Below, in pieces: positions 1 through 12,788 of a stretch of DNA of 64,000 nucleotides. Source of the DNA: Vicugna vicugna (Eukaryota). The position numbers were made by a program, and so were the translations under genes. The stretch covers positions 1 to 64,000 of the forward strand of contig MU058365.1 in NCBI GenBank assembly GCA_013265495.1, in the 5' to 3' direction. Within the stretch, counting starts at the first letter, position 1. Every line of letters starts with the position of its first letter. A model generated the notes under the pieces. That model had not been told where the DNA came from. It searched no databases and saw only the letters and a list, made by a program, of their open reading frames with translations.

Positions 1-29
1 AAAAAAAAATCACTATTTCCTTATGACTC

Positions 30-1310
30 ACTACTATTTACTTCTAGCTCCAACTTCTCATCTGTACCCCAGGCCTCTATTTTCTCTTGCTTACTCAACA
101 ACTCAACTTGGAAGTCTAATATATGTTCTAAACTTAATATGACTAAAGCCAAATTCTTGATTCCAGCTCCCAAACTGATCCTTCCACCATCTTCTCCATC
201 TCAGCTAACGGCAACTCCATTTATTGACAAAAGCCTTCAAGTCACATCTGACTCCTCTTTCTCAGTCATACATCAGCAGATACGGGTGACTTTCTTCTTC
301 AAAACATATCCAGACTGTGACCACTTCTCACCATCACCACAGCTATCACCCTAGGGCATCTCCTGTGATAGTCAAATAGCTGGAATCTGCCTCTCCAAAG
401 ACTTATCACCTATTTCCCACACTGTAACCAAATAGATCAAACTCCAGACCAAAGTCAAACTTCAATGAAATGATGAATTCAGGCAACAATCATTAATGGA
501 TATCTGAGTCAACAGATGAAATTGTGACACTGTGGTTATGCAAGTGAACGTGCTTATTTTTTAGGGATGAAGTGTTGTAGTATCTGCAACTTTCAAATGG
601 CTCAGCAAAAATAGATGGATGGATAGATAGACAGACAGAGAGACAAAACAAATAAGACAAAATGTTAAGAGCTGCTGAAACCAGGGGGTGGGTAAATGGA
701 CACTCATTGTACCATTTTCTCAACTGTTCTGAATGTTCAGAAAATTTCATAATAAAAAGTTGGGAGGAAAAATGTAAGTCAAATTATGCTCACTCAAAAC
801 CCAATGGCTTCCCATTACCTTCAAAGTAAAGTCAAACTTCTCACAGTGGTCTACAATGCCCTGAATAATTTTAATCTTTCCCTATCCTCAACTTTTAGCC
901 CTAACTCTCCCTATTACTCAGTTCTTTACAAGCACACTGGCACCTTTTTCTCAACTATAACAGGCACTCAAGACCTACACATGTGCTGTTCCTCTACCAG
1001 GAATTTCTCCTCTGTCTGAAGGAAGTATATCCTCACTTCATATGAACACAACTCTACCTTATCCCTCTATTATGCAGCAGTCTCTTCCCCTTGGCATATT
1101 TTATGGCCCTTACTTTCATTTTTCTCCATAAACTCATCTAATCTGATATATTATATTTGTCTTTGTTCACTGTCTCTATCCCCATAGTAGAATCCTCCAT
1201 GAAGGCCAGGACTTAATCTGTTCATTGCTATATGTACAAAGGATACTATCTGGCACAGAGTAGAAAAATAACTAATATTTGTTACATAAGAAGAAATGAG
1301 TGAATAAAAA
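30..1310 (+). mobile_element. Degenerate L2 LINE 3' region, interrupted at about 400-775 by an old L1M 3' end
   Basis: L2-like motifs (ctaaacttaatatgactaaagccaaattcttgatt; aatggcttcccattacct; tatctggcacagagtag...gagtgaataaa). The inner segment has an old-L1 3'-end pattern (aaatttcataataaaaagttgg). Confidence 0.6.
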
Positions 1311-1420
1311 AATTGGAGGGCAAATGAGTAACCATAAAGAGAACTGTATTACAAAATTTAAAATGAAAAACTGAACATAGAGGAGCCCACAATATTTTTC
1401 CTTATAAATAAATCCTTTGT

Positions 1421-1589
1421 TTTTTTTTTTTTTTTGAGTAAAGGTAGATTTATTTAGAGAGATACATACTGCATAGAACGTAAGGCAAGGAAAGAGGTGT
1501 GGGAGTTGGGTGCTCAGGTTAAAGTAAAAGCAGGTACACACTCCACAGAGTGCGGGCCATCTCCGAAGGGGAGGAAGCAAAAAAGGATC
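1421..1589 (-). mobile_element. ERV1 (MER41-like) LTR 3' fragment ending at its poly(A) site, with a poly(A) tail
   Basis: Minus strand reads ...ggcccgcactctgtggagtgtg...ctctaaataaatctacctttactc-A16. AATAAA at 1449-1454 lies 13 nt before the A tract. Candidate TSD taaatcctttgt (1409-1420) / taaatccattat (1590-1601). Confidence 0.65.
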
Positions 1590-2039
1590 TAAATCCATTA
1601 TCTCGATCCTTATGCCTTTCATTCATTAGCAGTTCTCACAATGAAAAATAAAATAAAAATTCTCAGGTTCACAAACTAAAATTTATACGGAAACATTCTT
1701 GGTCATTTCATGTATGAAATATCACTTTCATACAAAAAAGCCTAAAGCTTAGAAAACTAGAGGAAAAACTGATGATTCTGAAAAGTGAAATTACAAAATA
1801 ACAAACTGATCTGGATTATTTTAGTGTTAAAATAACCACTGATACTGAATTATAGAATAAGTATTTTTAATTCACTTTTTAAAAACTGTAACAATGGCTT
1901 CCTTTGGTTACTGAACTAGAGGCTGAATGACAGAGGTGAGAAAAAGACATTTTTTACTGTGTACCCATTTTTCTTTTAAATTTGTGTCATGTGCAACATT
2001 TTAAAATAATTTTTTTTAAATATTGTATGTAAACTTTAA

Positions 2040-3217
2040 CTTCTGGCATGAGACTAGGTACTTAGACTAATTCTTCCACTGAAAATAACTTAAAATGCTA
2101 TTTAAAAATCTTCTTTAACACATCTATTAGTTAGCAAAAATTATGCCATACTCACACCAAAAAACTAATTGAAGACAGGGAGCATGCTGAAAAGTAAGAT
2201 GAACACTGACACTGGTACTTTCCTTGAGAACATTTGCTGACTGGTGACCTAAGCTTTGATTTTCAGAGCTTAGATTGATTTGGGCATCAAGAGACAAGGC
2301 CCAGAGTATTCCCAAAGTGGGGAATCTAACAAAATTTACCCTTTTAAAGGAGGGACTCCCCAAACCACCTACCCTCTAGGTAAAGGTAAACCGGAAATGC
2401 CACCCACTCCCAACTTCAAATGCTAGAAAAATCACCTGTTTTTTATTTATTTAATTTCTTGTTTGTTTGGAGGGAGGGAGGTAATTAGGTTTATTTATTA
2501 ATTTTTTTCAGTAGAGGTACTGGGGATTGAACCCAGGACCTCATGCATGCTAAGCAGGTACTCTACCACTGAGCTATACCTTTTCCCCTGAAAAAATCAC
2601 CTGTTTTAAATCATAACATTAAGTGGAGATGGAAAAAAAAATTCCCCTCTGGCTTCATAACCTCAGTGTGGCTCACACAAAGGACTGCAACCCACATTCA
2701 CACTCTCTGTAAAGTCTGAAAACATTTATGTTAAGAATTTAGTTGAAAGTTGTTCTACTGGTAATACCCCTAGGGCACCCAACAGAAGCAAACTCAAAAT
2801 CCTGCCTGGATAAATCCAAGCTTTATTCTAGGCCTGAAATAATTTTCCACATAACAATTCAAGGAAAATTATAGCTCATGTGAAAATTACAAAGCACACA
2901 TGGGTAAGAGTCAGTGGAAATAAAAGGTAACAGAACCACAAAATAAGACACGTGACCTATCATAATTAGGCTAGAAAATAGTTCTATTTACTATGTTTTA
3001 AGATATAAAAGACCTGAAAATATAAGTAAAAAACAAACAGATCCAAAAAAAATAAATCAAGCCAAACATCTAGAAATGAAAAATACAAACTCAATGGATG
3101 AGACTAAGAACAGAATAAATTCAGTTGAAATAAATACTATTAAGCTGGAATATAAATCTGAAAAAAAATTCTCTATAATGCAACACAGAGAAGCAAGAGA
3201 TGAAAAATGTAACAGAG
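2040..3217 (+). mobile_element. Old L1M/HAL1-like 5'/ORF1 region; resumes at about 5387-5490 after the younger L1
   Basis: Degenerate ORF1-like A-rich sequence (ctagaaatgaaaaatacaaactcaatggatgag...; resumes gttaagagacatggaagatatagagaac...agagttccagaaggagag). Confidence 0.5.
2443..2589 (-). mobile_element. tRNA-derived camelid SINE (Vic-1/VicSINE-like)
   Basis: Pol III A box (tagctcagtggtagag) and B box (ggttcaatccc) on minus strand, A-rich tail. Perfect 16-bp TSD aaaaatcacctgtttt at 2427-2442 and 2592-2607. Confidence 0.9.
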
Positions 3218-5371
3218 CTCTTAGCCACAGCAATCAGACAAGAAAATAAACAAAAAGAAAGAAAGAAAAAGAAATAAAAGGGATACAAAATGGAAAAAAA
3301 AAAGTAAATCTATCACTGTTTGCAGATATGATACTATATAAAGAAAATCCTAAAGACACCACCGAAATACTATTAGAGTAAATGAATTCAGTCAAGTCAC
3401 AGGATACAATATCAATATACAGAAATCTGTTGCATTTCTATACATTAATAACAAATTATCGGGAAGAGAAATTAAGAAAACAATTCCATTTATAATTGCA
3501 TCAAAAATAAAGAAAAAAATGCCCAAGAATAAAATACCTAAAAATAAATCTGACCAAGGAGGTAAAAAACTTGTATTCTGAAGACTATAAGACATGTGAT
3601 GAAAGAAACTGAAGACATTACAAATGGAAAGATATACCGTGCTCATGGATTGGAAGGATTAGTATTGTTAAAATGACCATACTACTCAAGGCAATCTACA
3701 GATTCAATGCAATCCTTATCAAAATACCAAGGGCATTTTTCACATAACTAGAGCAAAGAATCCTAATATTTGTATGGAATCACAAAAGACCCTGAATAGC
3801 CAAAGCAATCTTAAGAAGGCAGAAGAAAGCTGGAGGCATCACACTCCCTGATTTCAAACTGTACTACAAAACTACAGTAATCAAAACAGTATGGTTCTGG
3901 AACAAAAACAGACACATAGATCAATGGAACAGAATAGAGAGCCCAGAAATAAGCCCACACTTACATGGTCGGCAAAAAAGGCAAGAATATAAAATGGGGA
4001 AAAGATAGCCTCTTCAATAAATGGTGCTGGGAAAACTGGACAGCTACATGTGAAAGAATCAAACCAGACCACTTTCTCACACCATATACAAAAATAAACT
4101 CAAAATGGATTAAACATTTAAATGTAAGACCTGAAATCAAAAAAATTCTAGAAGAAAACAGTCAGGACACTATTTGACATCAGTCTTAGCAATACTTTTT
4201 TTGGATCTGTCTTCTCAGGCAAGGGAAGCAAAAGCAAAAATAAACAAATGGAATAACATCAAACTAAAAAGTTTTGCACAGTGAAGGGCACCATCAACAA
4301 AATGAAAAAGTAGCCTACTGAATGGGAGAAAATATTTGCAAATGATATATCCAATAAGGGGTTAATATCCAAAATATACAAAGAACTCATACAACCCAAT
4401 ATCAAAAGAATCTGATTAGACAATGGGCAGAGAATCTGAACAGACATTTTTTCCAAAGAAGGTATACTGATGGCCAACAGGTACATGAAAAGATATTCAA
4501 CATCACTAATCATCACAGAAATGCAAATGAAAACCACAAAGAGATCATACTTCACATCTGTCAAAATGGCTATCACCAAAAAGTCCACAAATAACAAGTG
4601 TCAGTGAGGATGTGGAGAAAAAGGAATCTTCTTACACTATTGGTGGTGGTGTAAAATAGAACAGCCACTACAGAAAACAGTATGTTGGTTCCTCAAAAAA
4701 TTAAAAGTAGAACAGCCATGACCCTGCAATTTCACTTCTGAATATTTACCCAAAGAAAACAAAAACACTAATTCAAAAAAGATATATATGCACCCTAATC
4801 TAATGTTCACTGAAGCATTATTTACAGTAGCCAAGACATGGAAGCAACCTAAGTGTTCATTGATAGATGAATGGATAAAGAAAGCACACACACACACACA
4901 CAATGGAATATTATTACTCAGCCATAAAAAAGTGGAATTTTGCTATTGCAACAACATGGGTGGATCTAGAGGGTATTATGTTAAGTGAAGTAAGTTAGAC
5001 TCAGAAAGACAAAAACCATATGAACTCACTTATATGTGGAATCTAAAAAATAAAACAAACAAAGCAAAATGAAAACAGACTTATAGATTCAGAGAAGAAA
5101 TGGCTGGTTGCCAGAGGGAAGGTGGAGGGAGGGTGGGGGAATTAGATGAATGGGGTTAAGAAGTACAAACCTCCAATTATAAAATAAATAAGCCATGTGG
5201 ATGTAACATGCAGCATAAGGAGTATGGCCAATAATATTATAATAACTTTGTATAGGGACAGATGGTTAATAGACTTAGGGAGATCCTTTCATAGTGTATG
5301 CAAATGTCAAATCACTGTGTGGTAGATCTGAAACTAACATAGTATTGTACATCAACTATATTTCAATTTAA
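3218..5371 (+). mobile_element. 5'-truncated LINE-1 (ORF2 RT/C-terminal region to 3' UTR), inactive
   Basis: ORF2 motifs (ctgtttgcagatatgatactatat; [20 protein letters not shown]) with many stops and frameshifts. Candidate TSD aaaaatgtaacagag (3203-3217) / aaaaatataagagag (5372-5386). Confidence 0.9.
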
Positions 5372-5769
5372 AAAAATATAAGAGAGTTAAGAGACATGGA
5401 AGATATAGAGAACAGGTCTAATATTCAGAGTTCCAGAAGGAGAGCGGAAACAATGAGGAAGAGGCATTATTTAAATATATAAAGATTGAGTATTGGTTAG
5501 GTACATATATAAAATTGCTTTCATAAGAAACTGCTTCATCTTTTTTTCAAAATGGTTATTTCTGTCTCTTTGACAACTTTCCATCACTCTTTGAGCACCT
5601 TGTTACTTTTAAGCACAAGATGTTCAAGAATCATCTTGTATATCCTTGCCCCAGCTTGGAATCAGCAACTCTTACAGTGAACTCTGGTTCCTCTTAGTGG
5701 ATACTAGTATTTAGAAAACAGTGACTATATGTATATGTATATTTGTGTGGACACAAACACACATACACA

Positions 5770-6790
5770 GGCCAGACTCTACACTGGGACAGGCTGAACC
5801 CTGGCCCTTGGGTGACAAGAGAGGAGTATACTGCTGGGACTCATAGGATGTCTCCCACAAAGGGCCACCTCTCCAAGGTCAAGACACGTAACTAACCCAT
5901 CTAAAAATACAAATAGACAGACAATATGAGGCAGCAGAGGAACAGATCTCCCAGGCCAAGGCACAAGATAAATTCCCAGAAGAAGAAATAAATGATGAAG
6001 AGATAGGCAATTGATCCAAGAATTTAAAGTAATGATGGCAAAGATGTTCAGAGAACTCAAAGTATAGATGCAAAGAGTTGGAAAATATAAAGAATAATCA
6101 AACAGAGTTGAAGAATAAAATCACTGAAATGAATAACACACAAGAAGGAACCAAGAATAGACTAAATGAGGCAAAAAAATGGATCAGTGAGCTAGAAGAC
6201 AGATTAGTGAAAACCACTACTGCAGAACAGAAAAAAGAAAAAATTATGAAAAGAAAAGAAGATAGTTTAAGAGAACTCTGGGACAACATGAAGCGCACTA
6301 ATATTCACATTATAGGGGTCCCAGAAAGAGGAGAGAGAAAGGACCTGAGGAAATTTTTGAAGAGATAATAACTGAAAACTTCTCCAATTTGGGAAAGGAA
6401 ATGGTCAGCCAAGTCCAGGAAGCACAGAGCATTCCACATAGGATCAATCCAAAGAGGAACACACCAAAGCACACAGTAATCAAACTGACAACAATTAAGG
6501 ATAAGGAGAAAATATTAAAATTAGCAACAGAAAAGCAACAAATAACATACAAAAGAACTCCCATAAGGTTATCAGCTGATTTTTCAGCAGAAACGCTACA
6601 GGCCAGAAGGGAGTGGCATAATGTATTTAAAGTGATGAAGGGAAAAATTTACAACCAAGAATACTCTATCTAGCAAGGCTCTCATTCAGATTTGATGGCA
6701 AAATCAAAAGCTTCACAGAAAACAAAAGCTAATCGAATTCAGCACCACCAAACCAGCTTTACAACAAATGTTAAAAGAACTTCTGTAGTC
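5770..6790 (+). mobile_element. LINE-1 5' UTR end plus frameshifted ORF1
   Basis: ORF1p fragments WISELEDRL...LRELWDNMKRTNIHIIGVPE and ITYKRTPIRLSADFSAETLQARREW (ORF track 6078-6368, 6389-6673). Confidence 0.9.
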
Positions 6791-6844
6791 ATCAAATCAT
6801 AAGAGAACAGAAAGGAGAAAGAGAAAAAAAAAGCCCACGAAAGA

Positions 6845-7140
6845 CTGCTTTGCAATTAGGGGTCTTTTATGCTTCCATATATATTTTGGAATTGGTTGTT
6901 CTAGTTCTGTGAAAAATGTCATGAGTATTTTGACAGTGGTTGCATTGGAACTGTAGATTGCTTTAGGTAGTACAGCCATTTTGATCATGCTGATTCTTCC
7001 AATCCAAGAGCATAAGATACTTTTCCATTTCTTTCATCATCTTCAATTTCCTTCATCAGTGTATTACAGTTTTCAGAGTATAGGTAACCTCCTTGGTTAA
7101 GTTTATTTCTAGGTATTTTGTTGTTTTAATGCAATGGAAA
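6845..7140 (-). mobile_element. LINE-1 ORF2 fragment
   Basis: Minus-strand translation [10 protein letters not shown]...FFTELEQ...KRPLIAK, a conserved ORF2 segment. Confidence 0.85.
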
Positions 7141-7221
7141 TGTTATGCCAGTTATAAAATTCTGGCTTTTATTCTGGCTTTTGAAAAAAAAAAAGAATGA
7201 AGGGCTACAAATGGAAAATAT

Positions 7222-8180
7222 CCTTTTTTTTTTTTCAGGTGAGTTGTATTCTATTACATATATATGCTTTATCTTCTTCACCCATTCATCTATTCACGTG
7301 CACTTCGGATGCTTCCATATCTTGGCAATTATATTGTTGCTGTTAATAGCAGGGTATATGTATCTTTTTGAATTAATGTTTTTGTTTTTCTCAGATATAT
7401 GTTCAGGAGTGCAATTGCTGGGCCATATGGTGGTTCTATTTTTAGGCTTTTGAGAAACCTCCATACTGTTTTCCATAGTGGCTGCACCAATTTACATTCC
7501 CACCAACAGTATACAAGGGCTCTCTTTGCTCTACATCTTTGCCAACATTTGTAATTTGTGATCTTTTTGATGATGGCCATTCTGACAGGTGTGAGATGAT
7601 ATTTCATCGTGATTTTGATTTGCATTTCCCTGATATAAGATGTTGAGCAACTTTTCATGTTCCGATTGGCCATATGCATTTTCTTTTGGAAAAATGTCTA
7701 TTCAGTTCCTCTGCCCATATTTTAAATGAGTTGTTTGTTTGTTTTTTAATTGAAGTACAGTTGATTTAAAATGTTGTATTAGTTTCTGGTGTACAGCATG
7801 GATGGACTTGGAGGGCATTATGCTAAGTGAAATAAGTCAGACAGAGAAAGACAAATACTGTAGGATATCACTTACATGTGGAATCTAAAAAAATACAACA
7901 AACTAGTGAATATAATAGAAAAGAAACAGACTTACAGATATAGAGGAGGAACTAGTGGTTACCCCTGGGGAGAGGGAAAGGGGGAGGGGCTAGATGGAGG
8001 TGGAGGATTAAGAGGTACAAACTATCAGGTATAAAATAAGCTACAAGGGATTGTACAACACAGGGAAGATGGCCAATATTTTATAATAACTATAAATGGA
8101 GTATAACCTTTAAAAATTTGTGAATCACTGTTGTATACCAATAACATATATTGTACAGTAACTATACTTCAACTTAAAAA
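7222..8180. mobile_element. LINE-1 3' portion with inverted 5' segment (7222-7740 minus; 7797-8180 plus) and a short antisense L1 3' end at about 7742-7796
   Basis: The minus part encodes the ORF2 C-terminal region ([15 protein letters not shown]). The plus part starts catggatggacttggagggcattatgctaagtg and runs to the L1 tail. Confidence 0.75.
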
Positions 8181-8239
8181 ATGATATGGTAAAATACATA
8201 AGTAAATTTTTTTAATTACAAAAAATAATTATTTTGGAT

Positions 8240-10375
8240 TCATAATTTACCAAATGTTTACTGAATATCTTTCATGTGCCAAGTACTATTCTAGATTCTA
8301 AGGATGTAGCAGTGAACAAAAAGAAAAAAGGCCTCTTCTTTCTAGGAACTTAAGTTCATAACAGTATAAAGACATAAAAATAAACACTAATTATTACAGT
8401 CAGGTGCTTTTGATAAGTGCTATGAAGGAAAAAATAAAGGCAGGATAAGGGACTAGAGACTGATGAGGATAGGGGTACACAGGGAGTTTGTGTACCCTCT
8501 GATATGATTAAACAGATATTGTAGACATCCATGTGAAAGCTTTCTAGGCAGAGGAATCAAAAGGTACAGAGACAGTGAGGTGAGAGATTGCTTAGCAGGT
8601 TTGAGGAACAGCAGAGAGATTTGCGTAACTCGGAGTAAAGTAAAAGGAGGAAAGTATAAGAAGACAAGGTCAGAGAGGTGGCAAGAAATTAAATCAAACA
8701 GGGCCTTATAGGCTATGGTCAGAATTTTGAATTTTTCCTTGAATGAAATAGAAAGGCAATAGAAGGTTTTGAGCAGAGGACATCTGATTTGTTTTTTAAT
8801 GGATCACTCTGGATGCTGTATGGAAACTAGAGTTTGAAGAGAACAAGCTAGAAAAAGGGAGAGCAGTTTATAGGCTAACACAGTTGTCCAAGTGAGAAAC
8901 GATGGCTCAGACCAAGGAGGTAATCTTGGAAACAGTAAGAAGTGGTCAGTTCCTGGATATATGTTGAAGGAAGAAACAATAGTATTTGTTCGTGTGGTAT
9001 ATGAGAGGAAAAGAGTCCAGGGATTTTGGCTTGAGCAATTAGAAGAATAAAATTGCTGTTTGCTAAGATGGAGAAGGCTTTGGGGAGAACAGGCTTAAAG
9101 GAAAAAATTAAGAGGTTGGTTTTGGGCACATTAAGATTGTGGCACCTATCAAAGTCGAAATACTGAGTATGTAGTTGGATAAAAAACCTGAAGTTCAGGG
9201 ACCTAATGAAACTTACAAGCTTCTGCACAGCAAAGGACACCATAAGTAAAACAAAAAGACAACCTACGGAATGGGAGAAAATCCTTGCAAATGAAACCGA
9301 CAAAAGCTTGATCTCCAGAATATATAAGCAGCTCATACGACTTAATAAGAAACAACCAAACAACTCAGTCCAAAGATGGGCAAAAGACCTGAACAAGCAA
9401 TTCTCCAAGGAAGACATACAAATGATCAATAAGCACATGAAAAAATGCTCAATATCACTATCAGAGAAATGCAAATCAAAACTTACAACGAGGTATCATC
9501 TCACACCAGTCAGAATGGCCATTATTCAAAAATCCACAAATGACAAATGCTGGAGAGGCTGTGGAGAAAGGGGAACCCTCCTACACTGCTGGTGGGAATG
9601 CAATTTGGTGCAGCCACTGGAAAACAGTATGGAGATTCCTCAAAAGACTAGGAATAGACTTACCGTATGACCCAGGAATCCTGCTCCTGGGCTTATATCC
9701 AGAAGGAACCCTACTTCAGGATGACACCTGCAACCTAATATTCATAGCAGCACTATTTACAATAACCAAGACATGGAAACAGCCTAAATGTCCATCAATG
9801 GATGACTGGATAAAGAAGATGTGGTATATTTATAGAATGGAATACTATTCAGCCATAAAAACCGACAACATAACGCCATTTGCAGCAACATGGATGCTCC
9901 TGGAGAATGTCATTCTAAGTGAAGTAAGCCAGAAAGAGAAAGAAAAATACCGTATGAGATTGCTTATATGTGGAATCTAAAACAAACAAACAAACAAACA
10001 AACAAACAAACAAAACATAAATACAAACAGAAACAGACTCATAGACATAGAATACAAACTTGTGGTTTCCAAGGGGGCAGGTGATGGGAAGGGATAGACT
10101 AGAATTTCAAAATGTAGAATAGATAAACAAGATTATACTGTACAGCACAGGGAAATATATACAAGATCTTATGGTAGCTCACAAAGAAAAAAATGTGACA
10201 ATGAATATATATATGTTCATGTATAACTGAAAAATTGTGCTCTATACTGCAATTTGATAAAACATTGTAAAATGATTATAAATCAATAAAAAATGTTAAA
10301 AAAAACTGAAGTTCAGAAGAGAGGTATGACTGGAGATACAAATTCAAGCATTAACTGTATATGAGTGCTATCCAT
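8240..10375 (-). mobile_element. L2 LINE, split by the L1 at 9199-10305
   Basis: Reverse L2 3' end (caaatgtttactgaatatctttcatgtgccaagtactattctag) and typical L2 body (ggatcactctggatgctgtatgga; gagcaattagaagaat). Confidence 0.75.
9199..10305 (+). mobile_element. Relatively young 5'-truncated LINE-1 (camelid type)
   Basis: Long ORF2 C-terminal reading frames (9206-9670, 9540-9980) with few lesions, plus 3' UTR and A tail. TSD core ctgaagttcag at 9188-9198 and 10306-10316. Confidence 0.92.
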
Positions 10376-11519
10376 AGAACAGTTTTACAATTACTATCAA
10401 TACATACAATGAAAACATTTTTTTCTTACATTGTGGAGTATTGATCTCTTGTTCTCTTCTGACATCTTCTTGTTAAATAATTATTTTCATCCTCACTTCT
10501 TATTATTTTTAAGAATTTAAAATTGTCAGAAGGCTTTTATCTATAGCATTGTCAGTCTCATCAGCTTCTGACAACTATCTTCCCAAACTATAAGCGGATA
10601 TTTAAAATGTGTAATATGCAGCCCTTAATTGTTGAAATGTTGGATATAATTTAAGAGATGCAGGCCATTCACCAGAGATGGAAAAGTTTGCATTATGAAT
10701 TTAAAATATAACAGTTCAGTCAGATATGGATTTATGAAATCATTATCAGCCATGGCCTAAGTGTCTATGTGTTCTTTTCGGTTCATTTTAGTTTTTCATT
10801 TTTTTATTCTAATGAAAGGAAATGTGAATTTTCAATTCATGTACTTCAAAGCTATTGGAATCATTATTAGAAGAAATGTAAATGTTAGAAAAAAGTCTTC
10901 ACAAAATAGTAAATAGTACAACTCACTTGCTCCACTTTTCTATAAAGACTAACCATATATAGCAGCATGACTTTAAGGATACTACCTGTTTCTTTTTCAT
11001 TATAAGGAACTAATTTGTGTGGGGGGTTTTCTATGTTTTTGCTCATTGGAATCACTTTGGGAAAGTAACAGTTCAGTTCTGTTAACTGATTGAGGAAACC
11101 ACTAAAACTCATCCTAGAATTTTTCTACTGCACAGTTTTTACCATACTGCTTTTGCAATTTAGCCACAGAAATACCTTGCAGAAATAACTAAATCAGTAA
11201 AATTATGCCACATCTGCTTCTATAAATTTCTACTGCATCTCTTAAGTGGTTGCAAGTATTCGGCCATCTTTAAGCGAGGACTTTTTGCCCCTACTAGAAA
11301 CCTCAAAATACCTCATAATACCATGCTACTTAAAGACTTTAGAGATTATAAGTATACATAATAAGCTGTGAGTTATCTTCATTATAGTTAATTATCCCTT
11401 ATTCAAGACAAGGTATTATGCTATGTATATCTAATCAAAGTTGTCACTGGTTCCCATCAATAAATTTTATTCAAAGAAATATTTTCTTAACTAGTGAATA
11501 CATATAAATGTACACACAC

Positions 11520-12152
11520 ACAGTTCTCATTATTCACAATACTTGTGTTCAATAAAGTCACCACAAACACTGAATTAGTGAATAATGATCCATTTTTTCC
11601 TAGGGGAAGTTTCCTGTGAGGCTCTGGTCACAACATTTTCATCAACCAATCAATACAACCTTGTTTTATGTGTGTTTCTGTGTAAAGAAATCTTAATTAA
11701 TATATTGTTGATTCATTAACATTGAACTCACAGCCAATAGCAGTAAAATTTATGCCTGAATGAAGGTTACTGAATACATGTATTTTATCTATAAGGCACA
11801 ACACAACCTTCTTGTGCTTAAGAATACTATTTAGTACTTCAGCACTATGCTTAGGGACCATTTTAAACAGCAAAATCACCAACATAAAGCACAAAAATGG
11901 AAAAAGCATAACACAAAATAGACTGAAAAGGACACTTTTTTACAACATGTAAGCTAAAGGAAGAAGGCAGAGTGGTGAGCATTGCCTTGTTTGACCTCAG
12001 CTAGGAATGCGTGCTTCAAGCAACTCAAACTTCTTGTCACTCTGTGTATGTCCATGAATGATTGTGAAAGTATTGACTCAGGGTTACAAATAGATTTTAG
12101 TCCATATGTAGGTGGATTTGCAAATATAGATTCTATGAATAATGTGGACCTA
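11520..12152 (-). mobile_element. MER82-like non-autonomous Tigger DNA transposon
   Basis: Termini cagttctcattattcac... / ...gaataatgtggac. Internal minus-strand KMVPKHSAEVL...EFNVNESTIY remnant characteristic of MER82. Confidence 0.8.
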
Positions 12153-12706
12153 ATATATACATATATAGTTTTCATTCCTGCCTGAAACATGTTTTCCTTT
12201 CTTTTCTATCTATTGACAACCTACTCATTATTCAAGTTGCATCTCAAACATCATCCTATCTCTGAAACCTTCCCCAGCTCTCAGACATAATTAGCCTTCC
12301 CTCCAATACTCATTTGGTGATCTTATATCAATTTGTACATTTCTTTTTATAACATTTATTACATTTTATGTTAATATTTTTCAGGATTCTTTAGACTATG
12401 AGCTCATTAATAACAGGGACCCTTTCTCATTCGTTTCTGTGTCCTTAGTAATTATCACAGGGTCTGTCACATAGTTGAAATTAAATAAATTTTTATTAAA
12501 TGAATCAATTAAGCCTCTCTGCAAATGAGTCTGTCTTAATTCAAAATTGCAGACTATATGAAGTGGAAATAGTTATACATTTTATACCAGTGAACATCTC
12601 TTGTTATCTCGTTTTTCACTGTTTCTTTTCTCATTTGGATGAAGCTGCTTTATTTGGAAAGGAATGAATAATGAACTAAACAATCAGGTTTTTTAAACTA
12701 CCTTAC

Positions 12707-12788
12707 CTTTTAACTTACTCTTTGCAAACAAGGACGTACTGAACAGAGCAATGCGCTAAGCTCTGTATCAGACTCTCCTGATTCTAAA
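12707..12788 (-). other. Candidate internal exon of an unidentified minus-strand transcript
   Basis: Acceptor gtctctcctctgcag|; two donors AGA|gtaagt (70-nt exon) and AAG|gtaagg (82-nt exon); unique sequence. No protein recognised. Confidence 0.3.

Noticed and set aside
8875..9980. Longest ORFs in the track (199, 154, 146 aa)
   Set aside because: Frameshifted L1 ORF2 C-terminus and its antisense shadow running into L2; not genes.
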